Below, in pieces: positions 12,840 through 25,744 of a stretch of 64,000 nt of DNA. Made by a program: the position numbers and the translations under genes. Numbering within the stretch: the stretch's first letter is position 1; each line of letters opens with the position of its first letter. This stretch comes from Somniosus microcephalus. Taxonomy: Eukaryota. The stretch is taken from contig CM126218.1 in the NCBI GenBank assembly GCA_052327205.1, positions 44,578,001 through 44,642,000 of the forward strand. Direction: 5' to 3'. The notes beneath the pieces were generated by a model that made no database searches, was not told where the DNA came from, and was given only the letters and a program-made list of their open reading frames with translations.

Positions 12840-13548
12840 AGAAACATAGAAGATAGGAGCAGGAGTAGGCCATTCGGCCCCTCGAGCCTGCCCCGCCATT
12901 CAATGCGATCATGGCTGATCATCCAAATTCAGTACCCTGTTCTTACCTTCTCTCCATATCCCTTGATCCCTTTAGCCTTAAGAAATATATCCAACTCCTT
13001 CTTGAATATATTTAATGAATTGGCCTCTACTGTCTTCTGTGGTAGAGAATTCCACAGGTTCACCACTCTCTGGGTGAAGAAATTCCTCCTCATTTCTGTC
13101 CTAAATGGCCTATCCCTTATCCTTAGACTGTGACCCCTGGTTCTGGACTCCCCAACCATCGGGAACATCCTTCCTGCATCTAGTCTATCCAGTCCTGTCA
13201 GAATTTTATAAAGTTCAAAGAGATCCCCTCTCATTCTTCTAAACTCCAGCGAGTACAAGCCCAATCGACCCAATCTCTCCTCATACGTCATTCCTGCCAT
13301 CCCAGGTATCAGCCTGGTGAATCTTCGCTGAACTCCTTCCATGGCACAAACATCCTTCCTCAGATAAGGCGACCAAAACTGCACACAATACTCAAGATGT
13401 GGTTTCACCAAGGCCCTGTATAACTGCAGCAAGACATCCTTGTTCCTGTACTCAAACCTTCTCGCTACGAAGGCCAACATACCATTTGCCTTCTTAACCG
13501 CCTGCTGCACCTGCATGCTTACCTTCAGTGACTGGTGCACAAGGACAC
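12840..13548 (-). mobile_element. 5'-truncated CR1 LINE
   Basis: ORF 12929-13753 contains HLEYCVQFWSPYLRKD...RRNFFTQRVVNLWNSLP; tail on the minus strand near 12845. Confidence 0.92.
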
Positions 13549-13689
13549 CTAAAACAAACTGAAAACTGAAACAGAAAGAAAATTGAAGAAAAGCAAAAGG
13601 AAGTGAAGCAGACAAAAAGCAGCTGAGTGAATCTGACTGCTCTTCTGGGGAACCGAGCAGGAAGTGGGTCTTCAAAGAATGGAGGAGGA

Positions 13690-14092
13690 AAAATGCGGCG
13701 ATGGGGCCTGCAGCTGGAGGAAAGACTTTTGTGGGGCTGGGAGGAGCATTCATGCTTCTCCTAGCCCCACAACAATCATCGCCCGAGCGGACTTTAAACT
13801 TTACTTAGAGCAGCCGGCAACGGTTCCTTTTTAAGGACATCTTGCTCGGTTGCTCAGCGATCAGTTCCACTGGGCGGAGCGCGCAGAGCGCCCGCCCCAC
13901 TCTGTGGAAAACCCAAATTGCGTCAGGATCCCAAATACGGGGAATGAAATATTTATTGAGGCTCCTGCCTGTTTTGGACGGGAGCGCTGGCCCTCTATTT
14001 TGAGGCCTGCTTGAAAATCGCATGAAGTGGGCCTCAGACAAGAAGGCAGAATGCGCTGAAAAATGGGGCAGTAGTGAGATGAAAATCACCCC
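13690..14092. mobile_element. Degraded Harbinger-like MITE right arm
   Basis: Ends GAAAATCACCCC like family B TIRs; left end not identified. Confidence 0.4.
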
Positions 14093-15542
14093 TACAAATT
14101 GGAGAGATACCCTTAGATCACTCCCTACCACCCCCACCTTCAGACTCTCATGCCCTCTCTTAGGGACCTGTTGAAGAAAATACGACATCATGTGGACCCT
14201 TGCTGAAACAATGAAGGTTCATGCTTCTCTAGTAACAGTATGGTAGTAAAGCCTTTATGGTGTTAAAACCAAAAGTGCTGTAACAACTGATTACATTTCT
14301 GAGGAAAACCCAATGTTGTCTCGTAATAGACCCTTAAACCACAGTAAAGAGGCTTAACACTGTTAAAAGTATTTACCGCTGCCAGATGCACATATGCCAG
14401 TAATTTCCTTGGGGATTCTCCCGATTGGCAGAAACCCTGGACAGATGTGTAAATGGGATTTCTGCTGACGTCATGGTGGCTGATCAAAAGAACCCCAAGG
14501 AAATTTCCGGCATTATTTACATCTGAACCAACCACGGAGTAGCTCTAAAAACGACAGTAATTTCTGACAGAAGCACAGCTCGGTCTTGCTTCAATCTGTA
14601 CGAATCTCTGTGATAACTTCATGCGATCATTTATATTGGCCAATATATTGTGCATTTAAAGTAAAACTCTGTTAACTGCTTTCTGAAAGGGTTTATTTTG
14701 CTTTTATATGTGTATGTATGGAGAGGTGTGAATGGATTATATCATTACAGAAATACTGCCTGTCTATATGCTTTTGAGAGGACTATCTAGTCCAGCCAGC
14801 TTCCTGGGTGGAAAGTTGTATACGTGAATTATATCAAAATTCTCTGTTAGCTTTGAAATACTGGACACTAGTGAAGCTTGTAAATGCATGTTGGCCACAA
14901 AGGGTTGTTCTCAGGACCTCGCTCTGTGATACACAAGACGGGTCTCCTTATTTAAGGAAGGATATACTTGCATTGGAGGCAGTTCAGAGAAGGTTCACGA
15001 GGTTAATTCCTGAGATGAAGGGGTTGTCTTATGAAGAAAGGCTGTGCAGGTTGGGCCTATACTCATTGGAGTTTAGAAGAATGAGAGGGGATCTTATTGA
15101 AACGTATAAGATTCTAAGGGGGCTTGACAGAGTAGATGCAGGGAGGATGTTTCCCCTCATGGGGGAATCTAGAACTAGGGGACACAGTTTCAGGATAAGG
15201 GGTCGCCCATTTAAAACGGAGATGAGGAGGAATTTCTTCCTGTTGTGTCCGTCAGTAGTAAGACACAAGACTGCAAGAGAACGGTACAACAGGTGTTTAC
15301 TCAACGTGGCTCACTCTGGAACTGAACTGTACAGATTACTACTCAGTGCTATATACCGGTGTGGTCACTGCCGGTACTACAGTATACATGAGCTGTAAAA
15401 AGTAGTTCCCCCCTTAAAGGTATATAAATTACAATTCCTCCCCTTTTAGATTAACAGTACCATAACACTCATTTAACAATTAAATATCAAACTAATTACA
15501 ATTAACACTTTTAACATACAACGTTAGCTGAAAATAGTCCAT

Positions 15543-18500
15543 TTATATATTCAGTCTTTGGGGATGCTTCCTGACCCTTTCTGGATAGCGCCTTTCCCGA
15601 GTGTCTCGCTCTTGGTGCGGGGGCGATTCTGGCACCCTGTCGTCGGTTGGGTCATCAGCTTCCGATGCTACTGTTTCTGGGGTAGATGCGACCTGTACGT
15701 CGGGTTCCTCACCAGGTACGTATGGGCGAGGCATGGGGTTGACTTGTTCCTCTGACTCTAGGATCTGGTCAGCATGGCGTCTCACGATGTTCTCCCCAAC
15801 GTCCACTGTGTACATTAGTGGGCCCTGCCGTGTGCATATCGTTCCTGGCTGCCATTTTTCTGTTCGGTAGTCACGGGCCAAGACTGGTTGCCCTACATTG
15901 AAGCTCCTTGTTGGCTTCTCATGGATGTGCTGGAATTGCTTACTCTCAACATCTCTTCGTACGTTTGGTCTGCGCAAATCCAGGCGAGATCTTAACCTTC
16001 GGTTAAAGAACATCATGGCCGGGGCCTGGTTGGTGACTGCATGTGTCGCATTCCGGTAGGCGAACAGGAAATTGTCCACCTTATGCTGCAGCGGAATGTT
16101 GTCATTGTACATAGCCTTTATTGCCTTCTTAAAGGTTTGTACGAACCTCTCAGCCAATCCATTTGTGGCTGGATGATACGGGGCGGATGTGTAATGCCTT
16201 ACCCCATTCTTCTTCATAAACCTCCGGAACTCTTCTGACACAAACTGTGGTCCGTTATCGGAGCAAATCTGTTCTGGCAAGCTGTTCCTGGCAAAAATGG
16301 TCCGTAGGACTGCAATAGTTTTCTCCGTGGTGGTGGAGGACATTTTGATGACCTCAGGCCATTTTGAGTGCGCATCCACGGCTATTAAAAACATTGAGTC
16401 CATGAATGGACCAGCAAAATCAATATGCACCCGTTGCCATGGAGATGAGGGCCACTCCCATGGGTGTAGAGGGGCATGTGGTGGTGCATTTTGGAATTTC
16501 TGGCATCCTGAGCAGCTCTTGGTCAGGTCCTCGATTTGTTTATCGATTCCCAGCCACCACACATAAGCCCTGGCAAGGCTTTTCATTTTTACCCCTCCCA
16601 GATGACCCTCATGAAGCTCATTGAGCACTCTATCCCTTAACTTGGGTGGAATTACCACTCGGGATCCACACATCAAGGTCCCCCGGCACACTGACAGCTA
16701 TTCTCTTCTTGTCGAGAATGCTGGCAACAGTGAGTTGACATGTGCTGGCCATCCCTTCACTGTCAAATCATATACCCGAGACAGTGTCGGGTCATTTCGG
16801 GTCTCCTTTTCGATACAAGCGTTAGTTACCGGTAGGTATTCAACTATAGTCGAATGGAATATTTCGACAGGATCCACTGCTGGTGCTTCCTCCGCAGTAG
16901 GCAGTGGCAGGCGTGATAGCCCATCAGCATTTCCATGCTGCTTCGTGCCCTTATATTCAATCTCATAGTGGTGCGCCCCTAGAAAGAGTGACTATCTTTG
17001 TAGTCGTTGCGCAGTCATCACCGGAACGCCCTTCTTCGGATTAAAAATGGAGACAAGAGGCTGGTGTTCAGTCAGCAAGGTGAATTTCTGCCCGTGCAGA
17101 TAGTGATTGAACTTTTTCACTCCCCACACTAGGCTGAGGGCCTCCCTCTCAATCTGGGCGTAGTTACGTTCGGCTGAGGTTAGTGATCGTGACGCAAAGG
17201 CTATTGGCCTCTCTGAGCCGTCCGAGAATTTGTGCGACAGCACCGCTCCAATGCCGTAGGGTGACGCGTCACACGCCAACCGAATTGGTGGTGCTGGGTT
17301 GAAATGGGCCAATACCTCTTTCGATGTGATTAGTGTTTTGCTCTTTTGGAAAGCTCGTTTACATTCGTCACTCCACTTCCATGGCACTCCAGTTTGCAGT
17401 AGGGTGTTCAGTGGGTGTAGTATTGTAGACAAATTTGACAAGAACTTATGGTAGTAGTTTACCAGCCCGAGGAACGACCTCAGTTGTGACACGTTTTCAG
17501 GTGCTGGAGCCTTGACTACTGCCTCAATCTTTTCTGGGGACTTATGTAACCCCTCTTTATCGATAACGTGGCCACAATACTGTGGTAAACCACTGTTTGT
17601 ATTCCACTGTGTACATGCCTGGACATGCCTCGGCTGACTCCTCCCACAAGTCATAGTATAAAGGTGACTGCTCCCCAGCCCCTTTGTATTCTGGACCGGT
17701 CGACCACTCGAGGCAGACCTTCATTCTTTTGTTCATAAAAGCCTTTAGTTACTCTCTTAACTCTCAGTCTTTTATGAGTAATTGATAGCGCATCAAATAC
17801 GAGATCTGTTTTTTAAAAAACTCGCATTTGGGGCGGTTAGCTCGGAGCCCATATGCCTTCAATCTAGTGAGCACCTGCTCCAGGTTGGCGAGGTGATCAC
17901 TGTCATTTTCGCCCGTGACCAGGATGTCGTCCAAATAACACTGGGTCCCTGGGATCCCTTGCAGGACTTGTTCCATTGCCCTTTGCCAAATAGCCAGAGC
18001 TGATGCTACCCCGAATACCAGCCGGTTGTATTGGTAGAGACCTTTATGGGTGTTGATTGTGAGGTATTTTTTTGATGCTTCTTCTACCTCGATTTGCAGA
18101 TATGCCTGGGCCAAATCAATCTTAGTGAAGTGTTTCCCTCCAGATAGCGAGGCGAAAATATCTTCAATCCGCGGAAGTGGATATTGCACGGTGTGAAGGA
18201 CTGGGTTCACCGTTACCTTAAAGTCCCCACAGATGCGAACCTTCCTTGGTTCCCCAGGCGTGCTGCTCAACGACTTTTTCATCACAGGGACGATGGGTGT
18301 AGCCCACTCGCTCCAGTCTACCTTGGACAGTACTCCTGAATGTTCCAAACTCTCCAGCTCTGCTTCGACGGCTGGGCGGATCGCATAAGGTACTGGTCTG
18401 GCCTTAAAAAATTTTGGGCTTGCGTTTTCTTCGATTTTAATTGTTGCCGTCATGCCTTTTAGTGTTCCGAGTCCTTGCTGAAACACTTCTTGCGCGTCGG

Positions 18501-19690
18501 TTAGGATCTTTGACAGTCGCCCAGGTGTGACGTCGTCATCCTTTTTGGCAGCCACAGTCAGTGCTTGTATGGAATGCCAATCCAGCTGTAATTTCCGGAT
18601 CCATTCACATCCCAGTAATGGTGGTCCTCCATCTTGCAATACATACAGGTCTAGTTTTGGCGCTTTCTCACCGTTATATATAACGGTCACCCTCATTTTT
18701 CCTTTGGGGTAGACTTTTTGCCCCGTGTACGTCTTCAAAATAATTTTTGTGTCTCAAGGGTATGTGTGAGAATAGCCGCTCGTAGTCCCGTCGGTTTATG
18801 ACTGTTAGGGCTGATCCTGTGTCCAATTCCATTTTTACCTGGACTCCTGCTATCTTGAGAGTGACCCAAATGGTTCGGTGATCCTCCGTTTTGATCACAT
18901 TATGCAGTTTCAGACAACTCAGCTCCCTGCTTTCGGAGTTGGTATCACTCTTTTGTTCGTCTGAACTATTCTCCGTCACCTTATGTACCTTCTTGTACTT
19001 TTCTTTTGGAGATTTCTTATTGCTGGTTTTCTTTCCTGACCTGCAGACTCGTGCTATGTGTCCTACTTTTCCACACTGTCTGCACACTTTGTCTTTGAAC
19101 CAGCAATCATTGTGGTCGTGTGTTGTTCTGCCGCAGCGATAGCACTTCTCTGTTCTGTATGACATTTCGTTTGTGCCATATTCTTGCGGTCTCTGTTGTA
19201 TCTCTGCAGCGCCCTGTGCTGCTGCTTCATATGATACCGCAATGCTGAAAGCCTTGTCCAGCGTAAGGTCCTTTTCAGATAAATGCCGTTTCTGGGTTCC
19301 TTCACTTTGAAGCCCACACACAAACTTGTCCCTTAAGGTATCTGCCAGTCCCGTTCCAAACTGGCAGTGTTTCGATAGTTTGCGCAGTTCTGTAAAATAT
19401 TCAGCATTGCTTTCATCCTTATGCTGGTTCCGTTTGTGAAACTTGAATCTTTCTGCTATCAGCAGCGGTGTGGGGTTTAAATGTTCCTGTAGTATCGTCA
19501 CTATGTCTCCAAAACTCTTTTCCACTGGCTTCGCTGGGGTTACTAGATTTCATAATAAGCCATACGACTTTGCACCCATTAAATTTAACAATACCGGCGC
19601 TTTCTTGTCATCTGACACCTCATTCGACATATGTCGTCCAATCTTCGACTTCATTGTCAAATGCGGTGATAATGCCACTCTTCGGCATTT
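15543..19690 (-). pseudogene. gag-pol of Gypsy element 2, broken by stops, frameshifts and a solo LTR
   Basis: ORFs 18674-19525 (gag/PR), 17764-18738 (RT), 16992-17654 (RNase H), 15543-16691 (integrase: HIDFAGP, SDNGPQF, NGLAERF). Confidence 0.92.
17581..17795 (+). mobile_element. Solo LTR of the element-1 family inserted in the RT of element 2
   Basis: Homologous to 7666-7878; TG...CA ends; 5-bp TSD AATAC (17576-17580 / 17796-17800). Confidence 0.95.
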
Positions 19691-19736
19691 TGGGTGTGGT
19701 TTAAAATGGCTTCTCCCGCGCTTTCCTTCCTCCCCC

Positions 19737-19882
19737 GCTGCTGCTAACGCCGCTCTCGGCGGTCCTCGTGGCAATGGCGGCGCCCTGTGGGTTTCGCGCG
19801 CTTCTCCTGCGCTGCTGCCAACGCCGCTCTCGGTGGTCCTCGTGGCAATGGCGGTGCCTCACGGGTTTCTGCGCGTCTCTCT
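19737..19882. repeat. Two-copy ~74-bp GC-rich tandem repeat in the 5' leader of element 2
   Basis: gctgctgc(t/c)aacgccgctctcgg(c/t)ggtcctcgtggcaatggcgg at 19737 and 19811. Confidence 0.85.
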
Positions 19883-20904
19883 CCCTCTCCTCGACGCTGC
19901 TCGGCCCCTGAACACCGGCTGCGCCCTGTGCGCTCTGCCCTCTCTCCGGTTGACGCTGCTCTGCCCTTTGCTGTGCCGCTCGGTCGGGCTCTAGCCCACC
20001 ACTGTCCGGGAAGGGTCTGCGCACTACCTGTTGCCAGCCGTTTCGCTGGACCACCGCGACTGGAAAGCCAAGCCTGGCCCTCAACAGCCTCCCCCGCAAT
20101 TCTCGAGTCTCTGCTGGATGACTGGGCGGTTGCCCGTGGTCGACGCCTGTGTCTCTGGCCTTGACCTCCAGTCTACTGGTCTCCAGGAACGAATCCCTGG
20201 GAGGTGATGCAGAGTTGCAGGTAGGATCGAATTTGCCTCGTCGCCAATGTTGTGTCCGTCAGTAGTAAGACACAAGACTGCAGGAGAACGGTACAACAGG
20301 TGTTTACTCAACGTGGCTCACTCTGGAACTGAACTGTATAGATTACTACTCAGTGCTATATACCGGTGAGGTCACTGCCGGTACTACAGTGTACATGAGC
20401 TGTAAAAAGTAGTTCCCCCCTTAAAGGTATATACATTACACTTCCCTCAGAGGGTTGTGAATCTTTGGAATTCTCTACCCCAGAGAGCTGTGGAGGCGGA
20501 GATAGACAGATATTTGAGCTACAGTGGAGTCAAGGGTTATGAGGAGCAGGCGGGAAAGTGGTGTTGAGGCCAAGATCAGATCAGCCATGATCTTATTGAA
20601 TGGCAGGGCAGGCTCGAGGGGCCGAATGGCCTACTCCTGCTCCTATTTCTTCTGTTCTTAAACACAAAACCCATCAAACTCAGATGGCTAAAATCCATAT
20701 TCTTCAACCTAAAAAGGAAACTGAGAAGAGCTCCTTTGATCTTCAGTTTCAAATGTTCTTTTGAACAGTCTAAGTGGAGCTGGCTTGTCCTCTTCTGGAA
20801 TTCCCTTTCTTCAATCATTTGTTTCCATATTATGAGATGAGTTTCTGTGGGGAGAAGTGCACCCATATTAAGAATCAATTAAAAGAAACAATTTTCGACA
20901 CTTT

Positions 20905-21220
20905 GGGGGCAAAATTGGGTCGCACCCCCTTTGGGGCGCTAACTTCGCCGGGGTGCTACTTTTAGCGCCCTGAAAAAGTTACGCCTCCGCGCCTGAAATT
21001 CAATGGTAGCGCCCCCAAAAATTTTTGACAGATGAAACGACATATTTTGACGTGCTCTGCAACCGGCTTTCCTTTGATTGGCCTGCTTAAGCCTGCTGGG
21101 TTTAACAAGGTCAATCAAGGGAAAATAACGTGAGTTGGCCACAAATCGATGGAGGCGGGACATCGGCCAGCCAAGCAGCAGTCCCACCTCCAACTCGCCC
21201 CCAGCCACAAAATCACCCCC
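20905..21220. mobile_element. Chimeric Harbinger-type MITE (family A-like left arm, family B-like right arm)
   Basis: Ends GGGGGCAAAATT / AAAATCACCCCC; left part has gcgct/agcgcc motifs like family A; right part matches 11265-11468. Confidence 0.7.
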
Positions 21221-21354
21221 TATATCTCTATTATCACTTACTGCTATTTATTAAAGAGGCCACAACCTAGAAATGTGGCTCAATGTGCCTTTTTTAACTG
21301 AAGGAATTAATTGGAGTGCTTATTCATTGAATTTTACAGTAGGATCTTTTATAT

Positions 21355-21723
21355 TGTAGGAATGGCTAGATTCCGAACTAAAGGACTGAGGTCGAGTCAG
21401 TCTATCAAACAAACGATGTTTAATACTAATCAACAGAGTTTAAAACGAAAACACAGGAGAACTACATTAAAGGTCTGTACTCTTTGCTGGCTCCACGAGG
21501 ACTGGCTAGGGCGGCTCCCCAGCCTCACATCATCACGTTTTCCCGCCGCTGGAGGATCACGTGACCAACGTGATGACGTCATCGTGTTTGGTCTCATTCT
21601 TAAAGGGACCGCGCTATGTACATGCAATGATATGAACAAAGATACAGATTCATTCTGTAGCTAATAATTTGTTAAAGATAATTATGTACATTAGATCAGA
21701 GTCCCCCTGGTGGCTCCGCCACA
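21355..21723 (-). mobile_element. Solo LTR (369 bp) of another LTR family
   Basis: TGTAG...CCACA ends; 4-bp TSD ATAT (21351-21354 / 21724-21727); ATTAAA on the minus strand near 21420; CRE and E-box motifs inside. Confidence 0.75.
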
Positions 21724-22439
21724 ATATACATGTATTTTTGTAAATAAAAAGGATTACTGCAATCATGTAACAAATGCAGGTTGGAATAATCTAGCTGCTT
21801 ACAGTCTTGATTCCAACAGCATGGCTGGGTCTGGCAATGCCATGGACAAAGAGAGCCATTAAAAAATGTTCTCACTGCCATAACTAGAAAAGACATTACC
21901 CCTGAATAACCAGATAAGTTCTGGATATCAAACCAATGAGCTTCAATAATGGGCCAGTTACACCATAGAATTCTCCATTGATTGAGAAGCACTTTTGTGT
22001 TGCAGGGATGTAGAATCTGTAATATTACACCTGCTTGAGACAGCTGACATAAGCACAAAATTAATTTATCACAAGTGGTGCGATGCCATCTTGGAGGAGT
22101 ATTCCGACACCACTTCAGCTTCACACTGGTTGGAATAACTAGTTGGAAGTGAACATCTTAAACAAGTGCACAGAGCTCTGCTTTGCCTGAGTGCCCAGTG
22201 GGACAGTGATGTCCATCTGTACCATTTTAAAAGCAGATACTCGCATTGAACTAGTACCTGCAGTATAACCTGTTTTAATTGTGGTTTAGGGGTTAGAGTT
22301 ACAACCCCTGACTATGAATGGGCCCAAATTATTGTTCCTTTATGGTCTTTACATATTACTGTATGGCTCTGCATCTCATATAGGCAAAAAGGAGCATTTT
22401 ACAATGTCACAATGCTCAGCCAAGCTTATATTGGAATCG

Positions 22440-22975
22440 TTTTTTTTTATTCGTTTATAGGATGTGGGCGTCGCTGGCAAGGCCAGCATTTATTGCCCAT
22501 CCCTAATTGCCCTTGAGAAGGTGGTGGTGAGCCGACTTCTTGAACTGCTACAGTCCGTGTGGTGAAGGTACTCCCACAGTACTGTCCAGGAGGGAGTTCC
22601 AGGAGTTTGACCCAGTGACGATGAAGGAACGGCGATATACTTCTAAGTCAGGATGGTGTGTGACTTGGAGGGGAACTTGGAGGTGATGGTGTTCCCATGC
22701 GCCTGAAGCCCTTGTCCTTCTAGGTGGAAGAGGTTGCGGGTTTGGGAGGTGCTGCCGAAGAAGCCTTGGCGAGTTGCTGCATTGTCGGATAGATGCCAGT
22801 GTTGCAGCTGTACTGGAACAGCTTGGCTAGAGGCGCGGCTAGTTCTGGAGCGCAACTCTTAAGCACGATAGCCGGGATGTTGTTGGGGCCCATAGCCTTT
22901 GCTGTAACCAGTGCGCTGAGCCGTTTCTTGATATCACGTGGAGTGAATCGAATTGGCTGAAGACTGGCTTCTGTG
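22440..22975 (-). mobile_element. Internally deleted LINE fragment of a second CR1/L2-group family with poly(A)
   Basis: KAMGPNNIPAIVLKSCAPELAAPLAKLFQ (pre-RT region) joined near 22780 to C-terminal KFPSKSHTILT; T-run at 22440. Confidence 0.8.
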
Positions 22976-23569
22976 ATAGAACAAGAAGGTTTTACTGATA
23001 AATAACATGTGTAGATCATTGCTTTATATATATTCTAAACTGTTCCAATTCTCTTAACATTGAATATGGACTTGGCGACTACTAAAATATTAATGGAAAA
23101 TTGTGTGATTGGAAGCTGCTCAGTGAGCAATTGAAGTGAATTTCCACACCAGACATAATTTGGAATCAATAATGAAAAGATGCTTGCAGCTCTCCACCAT
23201 TCTGGTGATTAGTTTGTACCTTCACAGTTTTTGTGCTACACAGAAACCAGGCTCATCTAAAAAAGGCAGCATTCATATCATTAAACATTTCATAGGTGAA
23301 TATGTTAATACTCCCCCATCAAAAGAACATTTGTATGCTGGAAAAGATTTAAGAGCAATAAGGATGATTCCATGACTTGGGGTGAGACTCATAGAATTTA
23401 ATTTGTTTTCATTAGTATAACCGGTTTTGATTATGGGATAGGGGTTAGAGTTTCCACTCCTGACTAAGAATGGGTGATAATATTAGAGGGTACATTATTC
23501 AGATTTTTAAAATTCTGACAGAAATGATAATGTATTTTTAAGTGGATTATGTAACTGGGGATGCAGGAA

Positions 23570-25665
23570 AAAGAGGGTGGTCAGGAGCAATGTTGGCCCC
23601 ATAAAAACTGAAAGCGGTGATATTGTCAATGACAATGGGGAAATGGCAGACATGTTGAATAATTACATTGCGTCAGTATTTACAGTAGATGAAGAGGATA
23701 GCATGCCGGAAATGCAAAAGAAACTAACATTGAATCGAGGACAGGGACTCATTAAAATTAACATAAGTAAAATAACAGTAATGAAGAAAATAATGGCACT
23801 GAAGAGTGATAAATCCCCAAGGCCAGATGGTTTCCATCCAGGGTTTTAAAGGAAGTAGGTGAGCACATTGCAGATGCCCTAACTATAATCTTCCAAAGTT
23901 CTCTAGATTCAGGAACCGTCACTTTAGATTGGGAAAATTGTGCATGTCACTCCGCTTTTTAAGAATGGCGAGAGGGGAAACCAGGCCAGTTAGCCTAACA
24001 GCCTAACATCTGTTGTCGGTAAATTGCTAGAGTCTATAATTAAGGATAGGGTGACCGAACACCTCAAAAACTTTCATTGATCAGAGAGAGCCAGCATAGA
24101 TTTGTGAAAGGTAGGTCAATCCTGACAATTTTTTGAAGAGGTGACTAAAGTAGTGGACTGGGGAATGTCTATGGATGTTATATGGACTTCCAGAAGGCAT
24201 TTGATAAAGTCCCAGAAAAGGGACTGTTATCTAAGATAGATGCCTACGGAATTGAGGGCAAATTATTGACCTGGTTAGGAAATTGGTTAGGAGACAGAGA
24301 GTAGGGATAATGGGTAGGTACTCAAATTGGCAGGATGTGACCAGTGGTGTTCTGCAGGGATCTGTGTTGGGGCCCCAACTCTTCACAACATTTATTAATA
24401 ACTTAGATGATGGCATAGAAAGTCATATATCCAAATTTGCCGATGACTCAAAGATAGGCGGCATTGTAGGCAGTGTAGATGAAAGCATAACATTACAAAG
24501 AGATATTGATAGATTAAGTGAATGGGCAAAACTATGGCAAATGGATTTCAATGTAAGCAAATGTGAGGTCATCCACTTTGGTCCTAAAAAGGATAGAACA
24601 GGGTACTTCCTAAAGGCTAGAAACAGTGGATGTCCAAAGAGACTTGGGGGTCCAGGTACATAGATCATTAAATTGTCATGAACAGGTACAGAAAATAATC
24701 AAAAGGGCTAATGGAATGCTGGCCTTTATATCTAGAGGACTAGAATACAAGGGGGTAGAAGATATGCTGCAGCTGTACAAAACCCTGGTTAGACCACACC
24801 TGGAGTACTGTGAGCAGTTCTGGGCATCACACCTTAGAAAGGATATATTGGTCTTGGAGGGAGTACAGCATAGGTTTACCAGAATGATACACGGACTTCA
24901 AGGGTTAAGTTACAGGAAACTTCGCGATATCCGGCACCGATGGGACCGAGCTGCTGCCGATCTATCAAAACTTCCGGATAGGCCAGCGCTAATGTTGAAG
25001 GATACGGAGGTTTTCATCTCCCTATCTGACAACAAACACTGTTGCTTAGCAACAGCTTGTAAACACTCGGCCCATACCTTGGAAGCGTCTCTGAAGCTGT
25101 TGCTAAGCTACAGAGATGCTTTCCAGAGCCTGACTGTTAAAACAATGCTAGGAGAAGAAAAAGAACCTAACCAAAACGGCTGCTGATTTCTGCCGTTAGA
25201 TCGAGGTTTCCGGACATACAACCTCCGGATAAACCAAAGTTTCCTGTACATAACTTAGGGTTGTATTCCCTAGAATTTAGAAGGTTAAGGGGTGATCTAA
25301 TCAACGTTTTCATGATATTAAGGGAAACGGATAGGGTAGATAGAGAAAAACTATTTCCACTGGACTAGAGGGTATAGCCTAAAATTAGAGCCAGACCTTT
25401 CAGGAGTGAAATTAGGAAACACTTCTACACACAAAGGGTGTTAGAAGTTTGGAACTATCTTCTGCAAACAGCAATTGATGCTAGATCAATCGTTAATTTT
25501 AAATTGGCGATTGATAGCTTTTTGTTAACCAAAGGTATTAAGGGATATGAGCCAAAGGCGGGTATATGGAGTTAGATCGCAGATCAGCCATGATCTCATT
25601 GAATGGCGGAACAGACCCAAGGATCTGAATGCCCTACTCCTGTTCCCATGTTCCTATGTTCCTAT
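23570..25665 (+). mobile_element. Degraded CR1 LINE (ORF2 RT to tail) interrupted by a Tigger-like MITE
   Basis: KSPRPDGFHP, SGVLQGSVLGP, KFADDSK, HLEYCEQFW; tail cctatgttcctatg. Confidence 0.92.
24913..25246. mobile_element. Tc1/mariner (pogo/Tigger-like) MITE, copy 1
   Basis: TIR CAGGAAACTT...AAGTTTCCTG flanked by TA; homologous to 55916-56251. Confidence 0.85.
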
Positions 25666-25744
25666 GATGCAAGCAGAAAGTAGAGGTTATGAGCAAAAAA
25701 TTAATGAGCTTGAAGCAAGGCTTGAAATTAGAAATTGTCCAAAG

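Larger units (their letters stand above)
15241..20440 (-). mobile_element. Near full-length Ty3/Gypsy (Mag-like) LTR retrotransposon, element 2, inactivated
   Basis: 193-bp LTRs at 15241-15433 and 20248-20440 (5 substitutions); TSD CTTCC; PBS TGGCGACGAGG (complementary to the tRNA-Ser(GCU) 3' end); PPT aaaaggggaggaat; gag with two Cys/His knuckles, PR LDTGS, RT YLDD, RNase H, integrase. Confidence 0.96.
14940..20661 (+). mobile_element. 5'-truncated CR1 LINE split by Gypsy element 2
   Basis: SPYLRKDILALEAVQRRFTRLIP...RRNFF stops at 15240 and resumes at 20441; possible TSD acacaagac / acacaaaac (14931-14939 / 20662-20670). Confidence 0.9.

Noticed and set aside
12474-13548. Tail-to-tail CR1 pair as a functional hairpin RNA
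   Set aside because: Different subfamilies with modest identity; expected by chance at this CR1 density
7666-17795. Pairing the LTR at 17581 with those at 7666 or 9715 as one large element
   Set aside because: Each insertion has its own TSD (GTTAC vs AATAC) and the solo LTR is more diverged
22286-22300. Telomeric repeat (tttaggggttagag)
   Set aside because: Only about two imperfect units; not an interstitial telomeric array
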